From IMG/VR virus record IMGVR_UViG_3300031993_000051: a stretch of 11,490 nt of DNA; one strand, given 5' to 3'. Below, one piece after another: positions 1 through 7,794 of the stretch. The number at the start of each line of letters is the position of its first letter. Position 1 is the first letter of the stretch. This DNA is from a virus. Taxonomy: Duplodnaviria > Heunggongvirae > Uroviricota > Caudoviricetes. The notes under the pieces were generated by a model. That model was not told the DNA's origin. It did not search any database and worked only from the letters and a program-made list of their open reading frames with translations. A program made the translations under genes and the position numbers.

Positions 1-21
1 TTTTACATCATCTAAATTCAT
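1..21 (-). CDS. 5' end of a gene running off the window edge (MNLDDVK...)
   Basis: ATG at 21..19 preceded by GAGGT, which overlaps the TGA stop of the PARG gene; the frame stays open to the window edge. Confidence 0.5.
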
Positions 22-32
22 GTATAGATACC

Positions 33-845
33 TCATTCTAGTATTTCTTTAAATACTTTGTAATTAGTATCATCCTTTCCACAATAGACAGCAAATTCAA
101 TATTCTTGAAGAAGTATTTTCCGAGTTCCAAAGCTTTTTTATAAGCCTTAGCTACGATTTCAGGTGGGTTTTTGAATGCTCCACAACCGAATGCGCCAAG
201 AATAATTGTTTCATCACCATGAGATGCAGCTAAGTTAAAAATATGAACTGCTCTGCGGAAATGAATATTAAACAATTCTTCATCAGTAACGTTTGGTTTT
301 TCACCACGTTCATGGTTGTAAGCGTTTGCAGGTGTTTCACGAAGATTAGGTGCTGCACAAGTAATTACATCTACAGAGAATGGACGATACAATAAGTTAT
401 AATTGTCCGATTTGATAATTTGAATATTGGGTGTGTAAATTGCATCATTGTTATGAAGTGCATTCCCATATTCTTTATGTGGTTTATAAAAGATTTCGTC
501 AAACTTCGGGTCAGACAAAACATTATAAAGTGTAGAACAACGACAAAGACATTCTTCTTGTGCATTAGAACCCTTTGTTACACCGCCACCAGGATTTGTA
601 GCAGAAGCAAAATTGAGAACTGCTACCTTACCAGTATATTTTCTTGCCGCATCAAAAGAACTACTCTTAGTAACCTTGACAGTTCCTGGAGTTTTGTTCT
701 CACAGAAAAAGTCAATCGTCATATCATCGGCAAGAAACTCCGAATTTTCAATCGAATACTTAATAGAATTCTGTAAGGTTTTATCCTTACTGATTAATTC
801 TTGAGTATGATTAAAAATTTTAATATTTTCTTCTTTACTAGCCAT
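33..845 (-). CDS. Bacterial-type poly(ADP-ribose) glycohydrolase / macrodomain protein (TIGR02452 / DUF2263-like)
   Basis: 270 aa with VAVLNFASATNPGGGVTKGSNAQEECLCRCSTLY (GGG-X6-8-QEE PARG signature), DVITCAAPN and ILGAFGCGAFKNPP. Confidence 0.9.
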   Translation of the reverse strand: MASKEENIKIFNHTQELISKDKTLQNSIKYSIENSEFLADDMTIDFFCENKTPGTVKVTKSSSFDAARKYTGKVAVLNFASATNPGGGVTKGSNAQEECLCRCSTLYNVLSDPKFDEIFYKPHKEYGNALHNNDAIYTPNIQIIKSDNYNLLYRPFSVDVITCAAPNLRETPANAYNHERGEKPNVTDEELFNIHFRRAVHIFNLAASHGDETIILGAFGCGAFKNPPEIVAKAYKKALELGKYFFKNIEFAVYCGKDDTNYKVFKEILE

Positions 846-847
846 GA

Positions 848-1129
848 TTAAGCCTTAAACATATCATCACACTTCAAGAGCAAACGATCAATCTTGGGCT
901 GGATCATCTTTTGGTTATATGGATCATCGCCAACGATGTCATTCTTGGTCCAGTGGCAGAGTCTACCGATAATAAGGAACCAGAAGACATTTGCAAGTGG
1001 TGACATAAAAATATCAAGCACACTTGGATGAAATGGTACATGGTCCATTTTATGGCCAACATAGAGTGCGATAATGCCAGCTGCATACATTGCAATGACA
1101 GTGAGAATGATAGTAGTGATTGTAGTCAT
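848..1129 (-). CDS. Small membrane protein, 2 predicted TM segments; probable distant paralog of the N-terminus of 5639..6268
   Basis: 93 aa with two hydrophobic stretches, AAGGA RBS, biased codon usage; first gene after the promoter at 1163..1191. Confidence 0.75.
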   Translation of the reverse strand: MTTITTIILTVIAMYAAGIIALYVGHKMDHVPFHPSVLDIFMSPLANVFWFLIIGRLCHWTKNDIVGDDPYNQKMIQPKIDRLLLKCDDMFKA

Positions 1130-1162
1130 GTTTATTTTTCCTTTGGTTATAGTTTTTTATAA

Positions 1163-1191
1163 AATATAACAAAAAGCAGGGCTGTTGTCAA
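1163..1191 (-). promoter_or_regulatory. Sigma70/early-type promoter TTGACA-17-TATATT with extended TG
   Basis: -35 TTGACA at 1191..1186, 17-nt spacer, TGT-TATATT with -10 at 1168..1163; same consensus as five other intergenic sites. Confidence 0.8.
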
Positions 1192-1199
1192 CCCTGCTT
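1171..1199 (-). terminator. Intrinsic terminator of the PspA-like gene, overlapping the next promoter
   Basis: GCAGGGTTG-ACAA-CAGCCCTGC stem-loop (1197..1176) followed by TTTTTGTT, about 30 nt after the stop at 1230. Confidence 0.85.
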
Positions 1200-1229
1200 A
1201 GTGATTTTATTTAGGAGAAATCCTTTTTA

Positions 1230-1880
1230 TTAGACACCCTTGTAAGCTTTGACGACTTCTTCGAATTCAGTGTCGAGAGCGACAGTTTCGATAGTCTGAG
1301 TGCCCTTACCACCCTTACCGGTGATTTCGGCAATTTCCTGCTTAGCTTCGATGTGGAACTGAGTGGTCTTGACTTCGCTTTCGATTTCAGCAATCATAGC
1401 GTTGCAATCGATACCGAAATCGCCAATCTTGTTGCGATCGCACATCTTGAGTGTATCGATCTGGACCTGGAGAGCAGTGAGCTTAGCTTCGATGAGAGCC
1501 TTGTTGGTGTCGATGTTCTTGAGAGTGTCGCGAACCTGGACACACTGCTTTTCTGTGTTCTGCCAAGCAGTTTCGATAGTGTCACGAGCAGTCTTCATGC
1601 CCTTGTAAACAATATACTTAATCTTAGCTTCATCGAGCTTGTCAGCAGCGATGAGAGATTCGTAGACACGCTTGCTAGTAGCGGTCTTTTCGTCGAGTTC
1701 CTCGAACTTGGCCTTGAGTTCCTTAGCGTTGACCAGCATATCTTCAGCCGACTTGATATACTGAGCGGCATTCTTATTATACTGATAACGGATTTCCTCA
1801 ATCTTATCCTTGGTGGAGATGAGGCCTTCGAGACCACGCTGAGCCTTGTGAGCGAAGATTTTGAAGATATTGAAAGACAT
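1230..1880 (-). CDS. PspA/IM30(Vipp1)-like coiled-coil protein
   Basis: 216 aa; N-terminal amphipathic segment (MSFNIFKIF), long heptad-rich helices and a C-terminal LDTEFEE match PspA size and layout; AAGGA RBS; strongly biased codons. The family call rests on pattern resemblance only. Confidence 0.55.
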   Translation of the reverse strand: MSFNIFKIFAHKAQRGLEGLISTKDKIEEIRYQYNKNAAQYIKSAEDMLVNAKELKAKFEELDEKTATSKRVYESLIAADKLDEAKIKYIVYKGMKTARDTIETAWQNTEKQCVQVRDTLKNIDTNKALIEAKLTALQVQIDTLKMCDRNKIGDFGIDCNAMIAEIESEVKTTQFHIEAKQEIAEITGKGGKGTQTIETVALDTEFEEVVKAYKGV

Positions 1881-1938
1881 AGTTTTGTTTCCTTATGTTA
1901 ATTGTTGAATTGTTTTATTGTTTTTTGTTTATGTGCAT

Positions 1939-1967
1939 AATATAGTAATTATTATCGCACTTGTAAA
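1939..1967 (-). promoter_or_regulatory. Early-type promoter (G)TTTACA-17-TATATT driving the PspA-like gene
   Basis: -35 TTTACA at 1967..1962, 17-nt spacer, -10 TATATT at 1944..1939; no hairpin at this copy. Confidence 0.8.
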
Positions 1968-1975
1968 CCCCCTGA

Positions 1976-2419
1976 TTATAAAAATTTTATGCAGGCAACC
2001 TTAGTGGGATCTACTTTATATTTAAGGTGCTTGTTGAGACGCTTAATCTCATCATTTTTTATATCAGTTAATGCATTATATACTTCTGGAATGCAACATC
2101 CGCGAGTACTATGGCAATATTCAACTATCGGTGCGGTTCGAGCATCAAATCGTTCCGAAAACTCTTTAATATATTCTAGTTCTTCTTCAGATGAATATTG
2201 AATTGTATTACCGTAGAAATCTATGGTTCCAATAACCGGATGTTCACGTTCCTTTAAATAATCATTAAAGTCTTCAATAGTATTTTCTAATACTGTACTA
2301 AAAAGAGTTTCATCTACCGGCTTTTCTTTTGTACTATATTTAATAATATTGCACAAGCAAGCAGCCCTTACTGGATGATCTTCTCTAGGTATTGGTGGTA
2401 ATGCTGTTCCTGGACCCAT
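1976..2419 (-). CDS. Hypothetical protein, paralog of 2432..2935
   Basis: 147 aa, GGAG RBS; shares FNDYLK..HPVIG..DF and EIKRLNKHLKYKVD motifs with its neighbour. Confidence 0.8.
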   Translation of the reverse strand: MGPGTALPPIPREDHPVRAACLCNIIKYSTKEKPVDETLFSTVLENTIEDFNDYLKEREHPVIGTIDFYGNTIQYSSEEELEYIKEFSERFDARTAPIVEYCHSTRGCCIPEVYNALTDIKNDEIKRLNKHLKYKVDPTKVACIKFL

Positions 2420-2431
2420 ATATTCTCCAAA

Positions 2432-2935
2432 TTACGAATAAAAATAACCGTCTATATTAAGACATGTATTTTCATTATCTAACTTATAGACAATATGTTT
2501 ATTTAACCATTCGATTTCTGATGCTTTTAATTTATGAATAGTATTAACAACTGAGCTTATATACGTTCCAACTTTATATTCTGGAAGTCGATTGATATGC
2601 CACATAAGACTTTCAGCTGCGGTTTTAATAAATGATTTTTCTATTTCAGTTGTTACTGGAATTTTAACATCAAAAAAATTAGCATAACCGATAATTGGAT
2701 AATCATGTGGTTTCAATAGTTCATTATACTCATTAAGCAATAAAGGCAAAAGATTTTTAAAAATACTTTCACCTTCATCACGTCTGGTTACTTTGAAATA
2801 ACCTTTTCCAGTATGAACTAAACCTTTATAAGTATAATATTTTTCGCCATTAATACATTCCACCTGCGGATAACCTTTATATTTTGGTTTTTTAGGTTGT
2901 GGCGGAGGTGGAACTGGACAAGGTGGATAACCCAT
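2432..2935 (-). CDS. Hypothetical protein with a proline-rich N-terminus, paralog of 1976..2419
   Basis: Start moved from 2965 to ATG 2935 because AGGAG (2945..2941) lies 5 nt upstream; 167 aa beginning MGYPPCPVPPPPQP; motifs YNELLK..YPIIG..NF and EIEWLNKHIVYKLD. Confidence 0.8.
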   Translation of the reverse strand: MGYPPCPVPPPPQPKKPKYKGYPQVECINGEKYYTYKGLVHTGKGYFKVTRRDEGESIFKNLLPLLLNEYNELLKPHDYPIIGYANFFDVKIPVTTEIEKSFIKTAAESLMWHINRLPEYKVGTYISSVVNTIHKLKASEIEWLNKHIVYKLDNENTCLNIDGYFYS

Positions 2936-2957
2936 ACTAACTCCTAATATTTCTCTA

Positions 2958-3539
2958 TCAATCATCTAGTAATTTATTAAATTCATTAATCATTCCTCGT
3001 TCAGGAGTTTTTGGTTTATAAATTGTCTTACTTGCAAGGTAATCAATAAAATGACCACAAAGATGGAATATACCAATAATAGAAGAAACTACTCCCAAAA
3101 CGATTAAGCCCGGAATAATGGCAAATGATAAAATTAAAAAACTCCAGTAACAAATTCTAAGTTTAATAGATGCTGCAGTTCCATCTTTAATAGTTTGCCA
3201 ATCATCGACTGGTCTATAATCTGTATCATCTCTTAATAATTTCTGTTTTTCTTTATATTCCCAACTCCAATCATTATAATTATCAGCAGTAATAGCCATC
3301 ATAAGAAAAGAAAATGCACAAGAACATAATATTGTTACATATGGCCATATCATTCCGTTTCTTTTGAAATAAAACCAAAAATTATTTTGAATAATATTTG
3401 TATTTGATTCCAAAATACCGGCGATTGACATGACTACCATGAAACAACAAAATATTATTGCAACGCTTTGAAGCAAACACATATACCATTCGCCCCAAGC
3501 ATCTCCATTTAAAAGTGCCTTATTAATTTTTCTTACCAT
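2958..3539 (-). CDS. Multi-pass membrane protein (about 3 TM), member of a local paralog family
   Basis: 193 aa, three hydrophobic segments, C-terminal MINEFNKLL motif; start overlaps the upstream stop. Confidence 0.8.
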   Translation of the reverse strand: MVRKINKALLNGDAWGEWYMCLLQSVAIIFCCFMVVMSIAGILESNTNIIQNNFWFYFKRNGMIWPYVTILCSCAFSFLMMAITADNYNDWSWEYKEKQKLLRDDTDYRPVDDWQTIKDGTAASIKLRICYWSFLILSFAIIPGLIVLGVVSSIIGIFHLCGHFIDYLASKTIYKPKTPERGMINEFNKLLDD

Positions 3540-4078
3540 GGTTCTGTCCCCACTAGTTTATTATATTCGTCAATAATAGTTTTCTTGTATTTTTCTGGAG
3601 ATTTCTTCCTATAACTGTTAAGCATATTACTAACAGATAGTTTATTATGGAATGCTATAGCACATTCACACAAGAAAGCGAAGAATCTTGCAGAATTCGT
3701 AACAATAACTAATATAATTGCAATAGGTGCAAATAAAATACTTCCACCAAACAAGATATTACAACCAAGATAGAAAATACTTTCAAAATATGATTTTTCA
3801 TCGTGATTATAATAATAATCTCTATGTTTGTCTATTGCAAACATTAAACAGATATCACCAACAATAAACAGAATAATAGGTAATACAATAGCCCACCAAT
3901 GTTCATGCAAAAAATTGTGCATAACGATAGTGCTTTGCCATGCATTTCGTTGTAAATTACCAAAACCATTAACAAGGAGGTAAATTGCTGCAACGACTTG
4001 GAAAATTACTTCAATCGAAATAACTCCAACCCACCATTCTTGACCTTTAAAAAAGTAATCAGATAAAAACTTCTTCAT
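3533..4078 (-). CDS. Multi-pass membrane protein (about 3 TM), member of a local paralog family
   Basis: 181 aa, AAGGAG RBS, three hydrophobic segments, C-terminal IIDEYNKLV motif. Confidence 0.8.
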   Translation of the reverse strand: MKKFLSDYFFKGQEWWVGVISIEVIFQVVAAIYLLVNGFGNLQRNAWQSTIVMHNFLHEHWWAIVLPIILFIVGDICLMFAIDKHRDYYYNHDEKSYFESIFYLGCNILFGGSILFAPIAIILVIVTNSARFFAFLCECAIAFHNKLSVSNMLNSYRKKSPEKYKKTIIDEYNKLVGTEPW

Positions 4079-4087
4079 ATATTCTCC

Positions 4088-4393
4088 TTATTTAAATACC
4101 ATTGGAACGGCAGACATTGGAAGCGGTTTATTAGGAATTGCTTTACAACATTGCTTTGATCGTGGCGTATATGATGAACGAGTGTTTTCTGCAGCTAAAT
4201 GACCTTTGTATTCCAGAATACTTTGTTCATATAACTTAGCACGTTTTTCAACCATGATATTATGATTTGCTTTATTAAATTTGACATCCATAGCAAAGTA
4301 AGTTATTAATAATGCAACGAAAAGAACTGCTCCGACAATCGATGTTACTGCATAGCAATCATCATAATTTAATCTATGATTTTTTGTTCTCAT
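4088..4393 (-). CDS. Single-pass membrane hypothetical protein
   Basis: 101 aa, one TM (AVTSIVGAVLFVALLITYFAM), AAGGAG upstream. Confidence 0.7.
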   Translation of the reverse strand: MRTKNHRLNYDDCYAVTSIVGAVLFVALLITYFAMDVKFNKANHNIMVEKRAKLYEQSILEYKGHLAAENTRSSYTPRSKQCCKAIPNKPLPMSAVPMVFK

Positions 4394-4396
4394 GGT

Positions 4397-4909
4397 TTAG
4401 TTTCTCCTTAAATGGTCGTTAAGATTACTGATAACGTTAGGAAGTATTCTACTAACTCTATCATTAATGTTAGTCATTGCTTCAATCTTTTTCTCTTTAT
4501 GGTTTTTTGGGAACATGAAAATAAAAGTTAATGTATCTATTATCGGTAAAATATAATACCAATAACTACTAGAATTTGACGATACAATAGCACTTATAAT
4601 TCCGACCAAAAACAGATAAGCAGCAACGATTAAAAGTCTATTAATCCACTGTAAAATAGTTGGATTAGTATCTTGATATTCAATCATTTTTGGTGCATAG
4701 TATTTAGTATCAATCTGTTCAATATCATATGTACTCAAATGATATTTAGCATTAAGATACTTGTGTGTTTCTGGAATTCCTCCACACCAACAATGTGTTT
4801 CTTTTACTGGTTCTTTTACTGTTTTTGTTATAGTTTGTGATGGTATTCCCATGATTGCTAATACAATACAGAATACTATCACTAGTTCAGAGATGACTTT
4901 TATAAGCAT
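4397..4909 (-). CDS. Membrane hypothetical protein (about 3 hydrophobic segments, CWCG loop)
   Basis: 170 aa, AGGAG RBS, N-terminal signal/TM plus two C-terminal TM segments. Confidence 0.75.
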   Translation of the reverse strand: MLIKVISELVIVFCIVLAIMGIPSQTITKTVKEPVKETHCWCGGIPETHKYLNAKYHLSTYDIEQIDTKYYAPKMIEYQDTNPTILQWINRLLIVAAYLFLVGIISAIVSSNSSSYWYYILPIIDTLTFIFMFPKNHKEKKIEAMTNINDRVSRILPNVISNLNDHLRRN

Positions 4910-4926
4910 TGATATGCTCCTATGGT

Positions 4927-5448
4927 TTAGTTTTTAAGAAAGTTGTTATAAGTACTTATCATTTCTTTTTCTGTTTTTTCCCAAACAATCATTTTTTCTT
5001 TTGTTTTTCTTGGTGCGAATAACATAAAAAAATGTTCAAGACAGAAATTAACTGCATAGAATAAATACCTAGTGAAATCATAAAGAAGAATAAACGGTGC
5101 TACCATAAGCAATGCACCACTGCAAGTAGCAAATACCCAAAAATATCCAGCAACTAAGAATCTTCGGTCGTCATTACTTGTATACTGTGAATCAGCAAAT
5201 AATGTGAAAACGCCGAAAATAATAGAAATTATTACCATGATAAGTCCGATTAACCAAACTTTAGCACCTGGTGGAGCAACAAGTGAAAGATTACCCATTT
5301 CTTCTGGAGTTGTAGCAAAATAACCAACGCCAGTAATAACGCTAAAAATAACAATACACAGGACAGATAAAACTGTTAAAGCATATGAAAATTCATTATA
5401 ACTAGCGTCAATAATTGATTTACCAGTATCTTTGAGTAATTTAAACAT
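4927..5448 (-). CDS. Multi-pass membrane protein (about 3 TM), member of a local paralog family
   Basis: 173 aa, TAATG coupling to the upstream gene, C-terminal MISTYNNFL motif. Confidence 0.8.
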   Translation of the reverse strand: MFKLLKDTGKSIIDASYNEFSYALTVLSVLCIVIFSVITGVGYFATTPEEMGNLSLVAPPGAKVWLIGLIMVIISIIFGVFTLFADSQYTSNDDRRFLVAGYFWVFATCSGALLMVAPFILLYDFTRYLFYAVNFCLEHFFMLFAPRKTKEKMIVWEKTEKEMISTYNNFLKN

Positions 5449-5639
5449 TATGGATTTTCTCCTTTGACAAATTTGTCAAGAAGTTCTAAGAATTTATCTT
5501 CTTCTAAAAAGAATGGATCTTGCCCATACCAACCGAAGAAATTGAACATAAACTGTCCAAAACGCCAATCAGGGAAATGGGTTATATGGACAGTTTGAAG
5601 TTTTTGATAAAAATCGTAAAGACGATTTGGATCTCGCAT
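5448..5639 (-). CDS. Small soluble protein of the MRDPxR...PDWRFGQ type (recalled from phage hypothetical proteins; loosely YihD/DUF1040-like)
   Basis: Start reassigned to ATG 5639 (TAATG overlap with the upstream stop, AGAGG RBS); 63 aa, MRDPNRLYDFYQKL...FPDWRFGQF. Confidence 0.7.
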   Translation of the reverse strand: MRDPNRLYDFYQKLQTVHITHFPDWRFGQFMFNFFGWYGQDPFFLEEDKFLELLDKFVKGENP

Positions 5640-6268
5640 TAGTAACCTCTGCACTTTTCTTTCATGAGAGAAATGAATACTTCATTAATAGGATCATTTG
5701 TTTTTCTGATAGTATCAGTTCTTCTTGGAGTTAAACGATATCGAGAACCTGTTGGTCTTTGAGTAGCAGTAATAATAGGTTGCTGTGTCTGTCTAGCAAT
5801 CTGACTAACAAGATCCATAGCTTCATGATAGCTTGTCAGAACATCTTTAGGACCATTATCAGTAGCTACAGTTTTAACAACCTTTACCTTATCATAAGCA
5901 GGTCTGAAATCACTAAATAAATCCTGTTCATCGATATACTTATCATATTCTTTATCAAATGTAGAAGCATTATCAAGAATAGATGGCTTACCAGTTCCAA
6001 GGAACCGATTGAGCTTATACCATACTTCTGGCAATTTCTTGTTATACTTGTTTACAAATTCGTCTTCCCTTTTCTTTCTGGTAGACCATTTACAAATATA
6101 AGCAAAGATTGTATTGACAATTAAACCGACAAACATCAGCGGAGCGATAAGAACGCAGGCAACCTTAGGGTCATCCTTAACATCAATCATTTTCTGGCTT
6201 TTTAAGAACCGAATGAGTAAACGACAGCCGATGTATGAGGCAATGTAGATTAGAAGTAATTTGAGCAT
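5639..6268 (-). CDS. Membrane-anchored hypothetical protein (2 N-terminal TM plus a soluble tail)
   Basis: 209 aa, AGGA RBS, first gene after the promoter at 6300..6328; N-terminus aligns with 848..1129. Confidence 0.8.
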   Translation of the reverse strand: MLKLLLIYIASYIGCRLLIRFLKSQKMIDVKDDPKVACVLIAPLMFVGLIVNTIFAYICKWSTRKKREDEFVNKYNKKLPEVWYKLNRFLGTGKPSILDNASTFDKEYDKYIDEQDLFSDFRPAYDKVKVVKTVATDNGPKDVLTSYHEAMDLVSQIARQTQQPIITATQRPTGSRYRLTPRRTDTIRKTNDPINEVFISLMKEKCRGY

Positions 6269-6299
6269 TTTTTATCCTTTTTTATGTTTTACTGAATAT

Positions 6300-6328
6300 A
6301 ATATAGAAAAAAGAACCACTTTTGTAAA
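6300..6328 (-). promoter_or_regulatory. Early-type promoter TTTACA-17-TATATT
   Basis: -35 at 6328..6323, 17-nt spacer, -10 at 6305..6300. Confidence 0.8.
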
Positions 6329-6339
6329 TGGTTCTTTTT
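6307..6339 (-). terminator. Intrinsic terminator of pncB, overlapping the next promoter
   Basis: GAACCATTT-ACAA-AAGTGGTTC (6334..6313) followed by T6; the A5 on the other side could allow bidirectional function. Confidence 0.85.
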
Positions 6340-6368
6340 AATTTTTATCTGATGAATATTTTTGCAGA

Positions 6369-7652
6369 CTACGGTGTTTTAATCACGACCATTCCACCCT
6401 TCCACTGGTCAAGCGGAATATACTCAAATACGCTCTTAACGTATTCAACGTATGCCGGAGATTCGCACATATTCTTTTCAGGGCAATCGCTAAGCTTAAC
6501 GACATCTCTACCATTAACCTTAACAACCTTCATGACCATGGAAAGCGGCTTAATACCAGCAGTCTCAGTTACAAGATTTGCCATGAAATAAGTACCGATA
6601 CCGAAGCTGATCTTGATACGACCATTGAAATGCTGTGCAATCTTGATAGCCTTATCAACATCGAGAGAGTCAGACCAGCAACCAGTCTTAGTAGTCGGGT
6701 CAATACCGAGTGCCTTATAATGGGCAATCAACATTTCACCCCAGACAATCGGGTCACCAGAGTCATGACGACATCCGTCGAACAACTTTGCATAGAACTT
6801 ATCAAAGTCACGAAGGAACGGGATGAAACCAAAGTTATCAGACAATGCAATACCAAGATCGCCACGATATTCCTGGGTCCATGCATCAAATACAGCCTTC
6901 TGAGACTGACGAATAGGAACATCATCAAGACCCTGGAACAATGCATACATTTCATGTGCAAACGTTCCAATTGCCTTTACACCATATTTAATGGCGAAAT
7001 AAAGGTTAGAAGTTCCGACAAAGCACTTACAGTTCTTAGCCATATAACCAACTGCATAGTCCTGCCAAGCGAAAGAATGTCTACGGCGAGCACCAAAGTC
7101 AGCAAAACCGAACTTCAAGCCAGAATCGATTGCAGCATTAAACTTATCAACTGCTTCCTTAAGATTTTGCTTTGCCTTTTCAAAATCAAATTCAAACTGA
7201 CGGAGATAAAGTTCCTGGATGATTTCCATCACATAGATTTCAAACCAAGTAACCTTGAGCTGAGGACCTTCTGCTTCAATTTCAAGATCGTCACCACGAC
7301 GAGTAATCTTGATATACTTTCTCTTTAAACGGAAGTCTTCTAGCCAGTCAACATAGTCAGGCTTAATGTAATAAATCTTGGACAATGCATCAAGTTCAAA
7401 CGGTTGCCATCTAAGAGTACAAAGATGATCAACTTCACGGTTAACTGCATCAACCAAATAACCCAAATGAACATCCTTAGAGCGAAGCTTCCACTTCCAC
7501 TTAGCCCATTCATTTGGACGCTTATGAAGTAAACATTGTGTCATACTGACCTTATAAATGTCAGTATCACTCAAATAATTGATGATATACTTTTCTTCAT
7601 CAATCGGTTTATAATTCTTAATTTCGTCAATTTCTTTTTGAGAAAGTTCCAT
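6369..7652 (-). CDS. pncB: Nicotinate phosphoribosyltransferase (E. coli PncB-type NAPRT)
   Basis: 427 aa with DTDIYK, ADFGARRR, GTSN, GTFAHE (phospho-His motif), RHDSGDP, SDSLD, SFGIGT and VKLSD motifs; AAGGA RBS. Confidence 0.93.
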   Translation of the reverse strand: MELSQKEIDEIKNYKPIDEEKYIINYLSDTDIYKVSMTQCLLHKRPNEWAKWKWKLRSKDVHLGYLVDAVNREVDHLCTLRWQPFELDALSKIYYIKPDYVDWLEDFRLKRKYIKITRRGDDLEIEAEGPQLKVTWFEIYVMEIIQELYLRQFEFDFEKAKQNLKEAVDKFNAAIDSGLKFGFADFGARRRHSFAWQDYAVGYMAKNCKCFVGTSNLYFAIKYGVKAIGTFAHEMYALFQGLDDVPIRQSQKAVFDAWTQEYRGDLGIALSDNFGFIPFLRDFDKFYAKLFDGCRHDSGDPIVWGEMLIAHYKALGIDPTTKTGCWSDSLDVDKAIKIAQHFNGRIKISFGIGTYFMANLVTETAGIKPLSMVMKVVKVNGRDVVKLSDCPEKNMCESPAYVEYVKSVFEYIPLDQWKGGMVVIKTP

Positions 7653-7680
7653 TTTAATATCCTTTTTTAAATTTGACTAA

Positions 7681-7709
7681 AATATAGCAAAATAAAATGT
7701 ATTTGTAAA
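7681..7709 (-). promoter_or_regulatory. Early-type promoter of pncB, TTTACA-17-TATATT with extended TG
   Basis: -35 at 7709..7704, -10 at 7686..7681 preceded by TGC. Confidence 0.8.
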
Positions 7710-7718
7710 TGCTTTTAA

Positions 7719-7726
7719 TATAAATA
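7719..7726 (+). promoter_or_regulatory. T4-type late promoter box TATAAATA
   Basis: Exact T4 late consensus about 70 nt upstream of the only plus-strand gene. The region is AT-rich, so a chance match is possible. Confidence 0.6.
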
Positions 7727-7737
7727 ATATAAATTAC

Positions 7738-7761
7738 GGTTTCTTAGAGTTCCGAGAAACC
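7738..7761 (+). promoter_or_regulatory. 5' UTR stem-loop of the plus-strand gene
   Basis: GGTTTCT(T)-AGAGTTCC-(G)AGAAACC: 7 Watson-Crick pairs plus one G-U pair, no U-tract; lies between the late box and the RBS. Confidence 0.5.
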
Positions 7762-7794
7762 AAAGAAAATACAGAATTTAATAGAGGATTAGGT

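Noticed and set aside
1213-1228. AGGA-GAAA-TCCT mini hairpin followed by Ts on the plus strand
   Set aside because: The 4-bp stem is too weak to call a terminator, and no plus-strand gene lies upstream.
1353-1901. Long plus-strand ORFs antisense to real genes (also 420..776, 6630..7328, 8999..9544, 10210..10614, 10726..11106)
   Set aside because: They are shadows of motif-bearing minus-strand genes, expected from the biased codon usage; they have no RBS, promoter or recognisable motifs.
2936-2965. Longer ORF-track starts (2965; also 5654 and the TTG at 8756)
   Set aside because: Downstream ATGs have correctly spaced SD motifs or TAATG coupling; the extensions overlap upstream genes or the RBS itself.
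6369-7652. Nicotinamide phosphoribosyltransferase (NadV/Nampt, NARP2) assignment
   Set aside because: The motifs are NAPRT-type (DTDIYK, DFGARRR, GTFAHE, RHDSGDP) rather than Nampt-type (DSYK, DFGxRG, AAEHS, RPDSGDP).
7692-7716. Possible degenerate hairpin around the -35 of the pncB promoter
   Set aside because: Pairing is interrupted by several mismatches and there is no upstream minus-strand gene to terminate, so it was not counted as a fourth cassette.
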